The notes under the pieces are model-generated. The model was given only the letters and a program-made list of their open reading frames with translations. It did not search any database and had not been told where the DNA came from. This document shows positions 56,433 through 64,000 of a stretch of DNA of 64,000 nucleotides, in pieces. Each line of letters opens with the position of its first letter. Position 1 is the first letter of the stretch. Made by a program: the position numbers and the translations under genes. This DNA comes from a virus (lineage: Duplodnaviria > Caudoviricetes). Where the stretch lies: positions 128,464 through 192,463 of IMG/VR virus record IMGVR_UViG_3300033463_006479; one strand, written 5' to 3'.

Positions 56433-56692
56433 AAGTTTTATAATTTCTTTTAACTGATTATATTTATAATTGGTTTTTAAAATGTACCAAAAACGAAATG
56501 AATATCAAAGACATTTCAAAACCAACTGGAATCCAAACGAAAAATCGCCTTTAAAACCTTTAAAATCCTTTAAAAAATCGTTTTCTTCTTCATATAATTA
56601 TTGATTTTGTTTTTTTGAGATAATTGGTTGATAATGTGTGAAATATAAAAACAGTTTTTTCGAGAGGTCTTGTTTTTGGCATTTTTTGGGGT

Positions 56693-56762
56693 GTTGATAA
56701 CTTTGTTGATAACTTTTTGAATTTTTTTGTTGACAATATGAAAATAAGTTGTATTTTTGCAG
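56693..56762 (+). promoter_or_regulatory. Bacteroidetes sigma-type promoter with upstream TGTTGATAA pair
   Basis: TTGACA...AAGTTGTATTTTTGCAGCG, same core as the promoter at 7087-7105. Confidence 0.75.
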
Positions 56763-56800
56763 CGTAATCAAAAACGAATAACAGATAAAATTACAGAGTT

Positions 56801-57583
56801 ATGAGAAGCAACAACAAGCACATCGTTTTCTTTGACCTTGAAACAACTGGTCTTAACAAGGAAATTGACAGAATCATTCAAATCGGTATGGTCAAGGTTG
56901 ATTATAACGGCAAGTACATCAACCGCATTGAGCGCAAGTTCAACCCTTGCGGTGTCAAGTCCACACCAGAGGCTTTGGAAAAACATCACATTTCAGATGA
57001 GAGCCTTGTGTTTGAACCTACGTTTGAGGAATGTGCGGATATGATTCTTGAATTTCTTGAAGGCTGCGACATCGGAGGTCATAACTGCATCAAGTTTGAT
57101 GTTCCGTTCCTTTTGGCGGAGTTTGAGCGTTGCGGTCGCACGTTCACCATTGAGAAACGCCGTATCATTGACACCCGCAGACTTTACCTGCACTATCACG
57201 AGAAACATCTTGAGGATATGTATCGTGAGTATTGCCCAGACGGGGAAACCTATGTCGCTCACGATGCGTTGAGCGATACCAATATGACAATCTGCTTGTT
57301 CAACGCTATGTGTAAGGAGCATAACACGACCATTGAGGAAATTGACGAGGTTTGCGGTAATGATACACGAATTGATGTTGATGGCTTCTTTGTTCTCAAC
57401 AAGGATTTCAAGGTATGTATGGGAAAGGGCAAGAATGTCGGTATGCTGGTTGAGGATGTTGACCCGTCCTATTTTGAGTGGATGATTGAAAAGGCTGACC
57501 ATATCTCTATGGAAACTAAAAACCTTGCGGCTCGTGTTCTCAAATATATTGAGAAAGTGAGACCGAAGAGTCCTTTGGTATAA
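56801..57583 (+). CDS. DEDDh 3'-5' exonuclease (DnaQ-like)
   Basis: FDLETTG, GHNCIKFD, AHDALSD. Confidence 0.93.
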   Translation: MRSNNKHIVFFDLETTGLNKEIDRIIQIGMVKVDYNGKYINRIERKFNPCGVKSTPEALEKHHISDESLVFEPTFEECADMILEFLEGCDIGGHNCIKFDVPFLLAEFERCGRTFTIEKRRIIDTRRLYLHYHEKHLEDMYREYCPDGETYVAHDALSDTNMTICLFNAMCKEHNTTIEEIDEVCGNDTRIDVDGFFVLNKDFKVCMGKGKNVGMLVEDVDPSYFEWMIEKADHISMETKNLAARVLKYIEKVRPKSPLV

Positions 57584-57600
57584 TGTTGTTTTTATAAATA

Positions 57601-58140
57601 ATGAAAATATACAAGTCTGATATGGCACACATAATGAGAATTGATGAGATGGCAAGCACATCCGATGCCCAAAGCAAAATGGAAAAATGGCATAAAGGGC
57701 AACGAAGGCAGAACGTAAAAGCGTGTTCGGATGAAAAACTTAAAGCATACTATATGATTTGCTTGGATAAGGGTTATGTGATGGAGGCAAGCACGCTCTA
57801 TAAAGAAATTGTGGACAGAGATATTCAAGATGATGTTCCCGAAATGGTGTTTGACAAAGTGGATGGAAAACTTGACACCGATAGCATCTGCAAGTACATT
57901 GAGAATTATGTGAACAAAATAGGAGATAGTGGTGAAGATTTGTTTAAGTCTGTTGAAGGAAACTGTGTGTATTACAGTTGGGGACGTGACAAGCGTTTGC
58001 CTGCAACAGAGGATTATGATTGTATGATTGACAAAGACAATATGGTTATGAAAATGTATGTAAATGATAGTTCACCGATTGACCTAAATGACACACTTGA
58101 AGTAATCAATACTATCAATGATGAACTGTTCGGGGCATAG
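57601..58140 (+). CDS. hypothetical late protein
   Basis: TATAAATA at 57593; HIMRIDE leader. Confidence 0.7.
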   Translation: MKIYKSDMAHIMRIDEMASTSDAQSKMEKWHKGQRRQNVKACSDEKLKAYYMICLDKGYVMEASTLYKEIVDRDIQDDVPEMVFDKVDGKLDTDSICKYIENYVNKIGDSGEDLFKSVEGNCVYYSWGRDKRLPATEDYDCMIDKDNMVMKMYVNDSSPIDLNDTLEVINTINDELFGA

Positions 58141-58238
58141 ATTTGAACGGAATTGTAAGATTAAGATTGCTAATTCTGTTATATTTTGAGGCGGCTTTGG
58201 TCGCCTTTTTTGTTTGTATAAATAAAGAAAAACTTTTT

Positions 58239-58805
58239 ATGAAAATACTTGACAGCAATTCGTTTATTAAAGAAGGCTATATGAATGTGACTTGTGTCGT
58301 GAATAATACGCTTGAACTTAATGCTATTGACACCACTTGCAAATGGGATGGCGAGCATTGGTATTTCTATGAGCGTGAAGGGAACGGCGACATTGACGAT
58401 TTTAGAAAACTTGATAACAACCGAAACACGAATTTTGAGGTTTATCTGAACTTTGATTTTTCGTTGAAAGGCGATGAAATGGGTGAAGTCGGAAAATGCC
58501 GTGTTTCAATGATGGTGAACGTCCATTATATGAATATGGCTGAAGATGACTATGAGATTGAAGTCAGAACCATTGACAATATGGACGAGTTTAATGGTAT
58601 GCTGTATGGCTATGACATTGACACCGATGAATTGAAAAAGGTTTTGTCTGAATCTTGGGATGAGTTCTATGTTTATGAGAAAATCGGTGATGAACTTGAA
58701 GACCGTATAGGTTTGAAACGTATTGGCGATAAATCGGAGAAACTTTGTGCTGAAATCAAGGATAAGGCTATTGATGGTTTCCTTGATGAGTACGCAAACG
58801 AATAA
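58239..58805 (+). CDS. hypothetical late protein (MKILDSNSFIKE leader)
   Basis: TATAAATA at 58217; terminators at 58188-58211 and 58831-58860. Confidence 0.75.
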   Translation: MKILDSNSFIKEGYMNVTCVVNNTLELNAIDTTCKWDGEHWYFYEREGNGDIDDFRKLDNNRNTNFEVYLNFDFSLKGDEMGEVGKCRVSMMVNVHYMNMAEDDYEIEVRTIDNMDEFNGMLYGYDIDTDELKKVLSESWDEFYVYEKIGDELEDRIGLKRIGDKSEKLCAEIKDKAIDGFLDEYANE

Positions 58806-58891
58806 TACCATAGTTTATTTTAACTCACATAGCGGAACTGAAACCAGTTCCGCTTTTTTGTTTTATAAATATAAAGGAAGATTATCGTTTG

Positions 58892-59377
58892 ATGAACATA
58901 AAGTCGTTGCAGCCGAGATATAACACGAAAACCCATTTCAAGCAGGGTTTTTATATTCCGTTGTTTCCAGCGAAGTATTGCGGGAAGATGCCCATAATAT
59001 ATCGTTCAAGCTGGGAGTATAAGGTGTGCAAGTTTCTTGATGAGTGTGCGACTGTGTTGAGGTGGGGTAGTGAGTGCATAAAGGTTTCGTATTTCAGTAT
59101 GATTGACGAGAGATACCACGAGTATTTTCCAGATTTCTATTTTGAATACAAGACGAATGATGGTGTTAGGAAAATAATTGCGGAAGTGAAGCCGAAAAAG
59201 GATTTGACTTCGCCAGAAAAACCGAAGCGTATGACGGAAAAGGCTGTGGAGAAATACCAGTATCAAGCCAAGGTCTATATACGCAATATGGAGAAGGCGA
59301 AAGCCTGCCGCAACTATTGCGACCTTCACGGAATGGAGTACAAGTTCATAACGGAGGATTCGAAGTTGTCCTTTTAG
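58892..59377 (+). CDS. head completion nuclease (T4 gp4-like)
   Basis: IIYRSSWE, WGSE, YFPDF, EVKP, FITE. Confidence 0.9.
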   Translation: MNIKSLQPRYNTKTHFKQGFYIPLFPAKYCGKMPIIYRSSWEYKVCKFLDECATVLRWGSECIKVSYFSMIDERYHEYFPDFYFEYKTNDGVRKIIAEVKPKKDLTSPEKPKRMTEKAVEKYQYQAKVYIRNMEKAKACRNYCDLHGMEYKFITEDSKLSF

Positions 59378-59389
59378 AAAAACAAATGA

Positions 59390-61264
59390 TTGCTGATGGC
59401 TGAAAATATTTCTGGAGCGTTTGCTGATATGTTTAACCCATATTCCGATGTGTGGGAAGTTTCTGGTACTGGAGCACCTGCTTGGGCTTGGAAAAGGTCT
59501 AACAAGGATGGAACTGATGTTGTCGGTGATGTCTATACAACTGTAAATGTTGATAGTAACGACAAAAAGGAGAAGAAAACTGTTGCAAAGGATTTTTATG
59601 ATATTCGCACGGAAAGTCTGTATGCTCCGTTCAGTATGTTCTCACGCCATATGCTTATGGATTATATCGGTATTCTCGGCATTATGCGTGGTGGTGATGA
59701 GTCTGTCTTATCGAAGAACTTTGATACTGGCCTTGCCCGTGCTGGACTTATGTGGTCTAACGTAGAGCCGACATACAAGAATATCATTGATGCTTTTCAG
59801 AACATACAAGCTGGAAAATACAAGATACAAGATTTCATATACAACAAGTATTATAAGATGATACCGACAAACTACCTTATTACATTGAGGCGTTATGGTA
59901 TTCCTTGTACTGACATTCCGTTCACTTTGGCATATCCAGAGGACATACACGCAGATATGAACACGAGGTCTGCGTTGCTTCCGATAGCGACCGCAACAAC
60001 ATATATGTCGGAGGTTGCTGGAAACAAAATGGATGATATTTTGAAATTTACTTGGGGAACAAACTGGAAAGAACAGACTTCTGAAATACAGACCATTACC
60101 AGCGGAACGCCAGGAGCCTCCAGTTTCGGCATTGGCGGTATGCTTTTTGACAAGTCGCAGCAGTTCGGCACTGTCGGTGCTGGTGTGGGTGCTACATTCT
60201 TCAGTATGCTTTCTGGTCATAATTATTCACCGCAGCAGATGACCATTGCTGGGCAGGCTGCGCAGATAAATCCGTGGGAGAAATACTCAAAGTACACGCA
60301 GGGACCAGTTGACGTGGTGATGAAAACCAATATTCGTGACCTTGGTCTTAATTTTGAAAACAACTTCAATTTGAAGTTTGAATATGAGTTGAAATCCCTT
60401 CATTATGTAAACCCGAAGATTGCTATGCTTGATATTATAGGCAATATGATTCTTATGGGAACTAACACTGGTACTTGGTGGGGTGGTGCTACCCGTTATT
60501 ACGGAAATGGCGGTGGTTTCGGCAAACAGCCAGGAGACCTTGGTGCATTTGCCCGTGGTGACTATGCCGCATACGGAAAGAGCCTTGTTGAGGACGCTAT
60601 GGGGCAGATTGAGAGTTGGAATGGCGGCGAGTTCCCGCAGAGCCTTGAAGAATGGGCTACCTTGGCGAAGAATGTAATCAAGGGTGGCTTGCAGAATATC
60701 ATTGGTGGTCTTATAAACGGAAAGCTCGGAAAACTTGGTGTTACGCAGCCAGCACACGCATTGTTGAGCGGTGAGGCTACTGGTATGTGGCACGTTACCG
60801 TTGGCAATCCGCTCAATCCGATAGCGATGATGGGCAATATGGTTTGTAACCAGATTGAAATGCAGATGGGTGAAGGTCTTGGTTATGATGATTTTCCAGT
60901 AAATGTGGCATTCACTTGCCAGATAAAGCACGGCAAGCCACGTGATGCTGGTGATATTGAATCAATGTTCAATGCTGGTAAGGGACGTTATTTCCACACC
61001 CCGTATCTTGGAAATCTTGACAAGGACAATCCAGAGCACGCTGAATTGATTGCGTATTACAACCAGATTGCTGCTGGTAGAGAGAATATACCAATGAATG
61101 TCTATGGTGGGAATGGCAAAGGTGGGAATGGCAAAGGTGGAAATGGCAAAGGTGTTTCGTCAAAAAGACCAGAAGGCAAATATGCTGAAAGAAACGAACC
61201 TGGCAGAAAGGTGCAGGGCTATATGAACAAGCAGATAGACAAAATTATAAGTCTGATACGATAG
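59390..61264 (+). CDS. probable baseplate/tail structural protein
   Basis: Late operon with gp4; tube-fold-like segments; GGNGK x3 tail. Confidence 0.5.
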   Translation: MLMAENISGAFADMFNPYSDVWEVSGTGAPAWAWKRSNKDGTDVVGDVYTTVNVDSNDKKEKKTVAKDFYDIRTESLYAPFSMFSRHMLMDYIGILGIMRGGDESVLSKNFDTGLARAGLMWSNVEPTYKNIIDAFQNIQAGKYKIQDFIYNKYYKMIPTNYLITLRRYGIPCTDIPFTLAYPEDIHADMNTRSALLPIATATTYMSEVAGNKMDDILKFTWGTNWKEQTSEIQTITSGTPGASSFGIGGMLFDKSQQFGTVGAGVGATFFSMLSGHNYSPQQMTIAGQAAQINPWEKYSKYTQGPVDVVMKTNIRDLGLNFENNFNLKFEYELKSLHYVNPKIAMLDIIGNMILMGTNTGTWWGGATRYYGNGGGFGKQPGDLGAFARGDYAAYGKSLVEDAMGQIESWNGGEFPQSLEEWATLAKNVIKGGLQNIIGGLINGKLGKLGVTQPAHALLSGEATGMWHVTVGNPLNPIAMMGNMVCNQIEMQMGEGLGYDDFPVNVAFTCQIKHGKPRDAGDIESMFNAGKGRYFHTPYLGNLDKDNPEHAELIAYYNQIAAGRENIPMNVYGGNGKGGNGKGGNGKGVSSKRPEGKYAERNEPGRKVQGYMNKQIDKIISLIR

Positions 61265-61328
61265 AAGAAGCGGCGCAGGCCGCTTTTTTGTTTGTATAAA
61301 TAAATCAGAACTTCAAAATCTTAATCTT

Positions 61329-63713
61329 ATGAATGTTGCGCTTTGTGCGATAGCGAAATGCGAGAACCTTTATATCAATGAATGGGCTGAATATCATTTG
61401 AATCTCGGTTTCGACCATATCTATGTTTATGACAATAATGAAATTGATGGGGAAAAAATATCTGACGTGCTTTCTGATGATAGGATAACCGTTGTCAATT
61501 ATAGAGGAAAACACCAGTCTTCTTGCGAGACGCAGGTGAAAGCGTACAATGAGTGTTATAATGGATATGGCAAAATGTACGACTGGATTATGTTTATTGA
61601 CATTGACGAGTTTTTGACATTGGAAAAATTCGGAAATATAAATGCTTTTTTAAGTCAGAAATGTTTTGCTGATGCAAAAGCCGTGCGTTTTCATTGGAAG
61701 TGTTATTCTGATTCTGACAAATTGAAATATGAAGCTGGTTCTGTGATTTCGAGGTTTACTGAATTGTGTGAGAATGGTGAGGTAAACAAGTATTATAAGC
61801 AGATTTATAGGACAAAAATCCCGAAGTTTAAAATGATGAATGTTCATTATTGCGACTTTATTGGCGGTATATGTTATCCAGATGGAAGTTCAGCGAAATA
61901 CGTTATGCAGACAACTGACCCGAATGTTAAGCACGAATGTGGTTGTGTTCGGCATTATGTTACGAAATCGTTGGAAGAATTTGTTGATATAAAATGGAAA
62001 CGCAGGGGTAAAGGAAGTTCCAAAACAAGATTGAATAAGGATTTTTATTTCAAATACAATAAGAAAACTGAAGAAAAATCAAGATATTTTGACGAATATT
62101 TCAACAATGTTTCTAATGGTATTCATCCTACTGGAAACGATAATTCGCAAAACGATACGATATTACATAAATTATTAAAACCCAAGATTATGCCATACCA
62201 ACAAGAACCTCCAATTAAAAGTCAGACGCAAAGCCTCGGTAATGTGGATTACAGAACGCCGCAGGAACGTGCCGTATGTCCAGGTGCAAATAAAACCAAT
62301 AACCCAGCCATAAAGCACGGACTTCCGCAAAAACCAGTGCAGAACAATCTATCCGTTTCCGAATATCCGTTTGGTATAAGTATATGTATATCGGCTTGGA
62401 AATCGGTTGATTATATAGAAGAATGTTTGGATTCAGTTGCTGCGCAGACTTGGTTTAAAAATAACGACAACTATGAGATATTGCTTGGTATTGATGGTTG
62501 CGAGGAAACTCTTATGAAGGTGAAGGAGATTATGGGCAAATATAAGAATCTCAAAGTGATGATGATGGACAAGAATGTCGGTACTTATGTCACCTGCAAT
62601 ACCATTATGAAAGAGGCGAGATATGAGTGGTTGTTGAGATTTGACAGCGATGATACTATGCCGAATGATATGGTTGCCAAAATTTTTGCCAATGATTTGA
62701 AAAATGTTTCTGCTGTTCGGTATGAAAACCATAATTTTGGTGAGAATGATGCTCGTGGTCTGGCGTGGGGTTCGCATATGGTTAAACACGACATTTTTGA
62801 TAAATTTGGCGGATATAGGGATTGGAGAATATCGGCGGATTTTGATTTGTTGTATAGGATAGAACCAAAAAGTAATATCTTAAAGTTGTCATCGGTGTTT
62901 TATAACAGAAGGGTTAGGTTAGACGGTTTGCAGTATTCACCAGATACCAATATGAAATCTGCCAAAAGATTGGAATTAAAAAAATTCATATTGGAAAAAT
63001 CAAGGAACGAATGTGTTATTCCTTGTATTACTGAAAAATTTACATATATTTTTGATAATGTTGTTTACGGCATAATTGGTCTGACTACTTGGAAAAAACG
63101 AATAAATTATGTTTATAAGACAATAGAAACATTGGAAAAGAATAAAGGTTTCAAGATTGTTATGACATTAAGTTCTGATGAGTTTGTGAATAAGGAGTTG
63201 GATTTGCCAAAATCATTGTATGATTATGTTGAACGGGGTATTGTTGAGATTATTTGGGTTGAAAAAAATTATAGGTCTTTTAAAAAGGTTTTGTTCGCTA
63301 TGGATAAGTATAGGACGTTGCCAGTTATAACGGCTGATGACGATGCTTTATATCCAAATGATTATTGTAAAAAATTGTATTTGAATTATAGTAATGACAG
63401 AAAAAATATATACTATAATTCATCTGGACAAGGAAGCGGTTTTGGTTACATTTTTCCTCCATATGTGTTTAAGTCATATCCTTTTGTTATACTTGACGCT
63501 ATTTGCGAAAAATACAATAATGATGACTTGCTGTATATAAGACTGGCTGACAAACTTGGCGTTAAGCGAATATGTTTGAATGATAAAAAAGGAATACAGT
63601 TTCATCATCAAATTGAACCCATAGATATTATTAAAAAATATGCTAATCCAAACTATAAAAAAGAAGAAAGCGATTTTTATACAAAAATGATAGATTCCAT
63701 ACACTATGAATAA
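61329..63713 (+). CDS. multi-domain glycosyltransferase
   Basis: Three GT-A-like modules with IDIDE, FDSDD and ADDD DxD motifs; TATAAATA at 61295. Confidence 0.85.
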   Translation: MNVALCAIAKCENLYINEWAEYHLNLGFDHIYVYDNNEIDGEKISDVLSDDRITVVNYRGKHQSSCETQVKAYNECYNGYGKMYDWIMFIDIDEFLTLEKFGNINAFLSQKCFADAKAVRFHWKCYSDSDKLKYEAGSVISRFTELCENGEVNKYYKQIYRTKIPKFKMMNVHYCDFIGGICYPDGSSAKYVMQTTDPNVKHECGCVRHYVTKSLEEFVDIKWKRRGKGSSKTRLNKDFYFKYNKKTEEKSRYFDEYFNNVSNGIHPTGNDNSQNDTILHKLLKPKIMPYQQEPPIKSQTQSLGNVDYRTPQERAVCPGANKTNNPAIKHGLPQKPVQNNLSVSEYPFGISICISAWKSVDYIEECLDSVAAQTWFKNNDNYEILLGIDGCEETLMKVKEIMGKYKNLKVMMMDKNVGTYVTCNTIMKEARYEWLLRFDSDDTMPNDMVAKIFANDLKNVSAVRYENHNFGENDARGLAWGSHMVKHDIFDKFGGYRDWRISADFDLLYRIEPKSNILKLSSVFYNRRVRLDGLQYSPDTNMKSAKRLELKKFILEKSRNECVIPCITEKFTYIFDNVVYGIIGLTTWKKRINYVYKTIETLEKNKGFKIVMTLSSDEFVNKELDLPKSLYDYVERGIVEIIWVEKNYRSFKKVLFAMDKYRTLPVITADDDALYPNDYCKKLYLNYSNDRKNIYYNSSGQGSGFGYIFPPYVFKSYPFVILDAICEKYNNDDLLYIRLADKLGVKRICLNDKKGIQFHHQIEPIDIIKKYANPNYKKEESDFYTKMIDSIHYE

Positions 63714-63783
63714 TATTAAACAAAATTACAGCAAAATATGAGTATTGACAAATGGACATTAAAAACAAAGGAGGAAATGTAAT

Positions 63784-64000
63784 ATGAAAACGTGTATTTG
63801 TGCCATAGCAAAAAATGAAAACCGTTACGTTAAAGAATGGTGTGAATATCATACAAGAATTGGATTTGATACAATTTACATATTTGATAACAACGACCAA
63901 TGTGGAGAAAAAATAAAAGACGCAATATACGATTTAGAAAATGTAATTGTAGATGAGCGTTACCGAGGGAAAAATGATAAATTATACCAAACAAACGCAT
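63784..64000 (+). CDS. glycosyltransferase, truncated by window edge
   Basis: MKTCICAIAKNENRYVKEWCEYH..IGFDTIYIFDNND, paralog of the 61329 N-terminus. Confidence 0.85.
   Translation, partial: MKTCICAIAKNENRYVKEWCEYHTRIGFDTIYIFDNNDQCGEKIKDAIYDLENVIVDERYRGKNDKLYQTNA

Noticed and set aside
56433-56800. Replication origin in the AT-rich divergent intergenic region
   Set aside because: The DnaA-like boxes are explained by the promoter-associated pattern seen elsewhere, and skew cannot be assessed from this window.
61086-61133. 15-bp tandem repeat (GGTGGGAATGGCAAA x3)
   Set aside because: In-frame low-complexity GGNGK linker with no sign of a separate function.

Overview
A 64-kb segment of a T4-like jumbo phage that probably infects a Bacteroidetes host. 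The host inference rests on TAnnTTTG promoters; the T4-like call rests on TATAAATA late promoters and gp4/gp39/gp41/gp47/gp52/UvsX-like genes. The standard genetic code fits. Bases 1-7400 form one minus-strand stable-RNA operon. Its leader stacks five promoter+boxA units like an rRNA leader. Downstream are two ORF-less TnpB omegaRNA-like modules (one inside P8 of an ORF-less group I intron), about 17 canonical tRNAs, several tRNA scaffolds carrying insertions, and a repeated 'stem-TACAGCAA' small RNA that displays isolated anticodon loops. Bases 8-22 kb hold late genes with T4 capsid-targeting-like N-termini (DUF285, DpsL ferritin, VWA/metallopeptidase/MoxR, ATPase). A tnpB element with 26-bp inverted ends has two relatives: a cassette with the same ends around an unrelated late gene, and a promoter-fronted omegaRNA-only remnant. 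Bases 23-53 kb encode replication, DNA modification and chaperone functions. These include split-intein RecA/UvsX and gp41 helicase, a DHFR-TS fusion, four DNA methyltransferases and a Mom-like enzyme, and several of these proteins share a C-terminal K-x-LF motif. Bases 54-64 kb hold structural genes and glycosyltransferases. All calls come from reading motifs by eye; no database searches were run.
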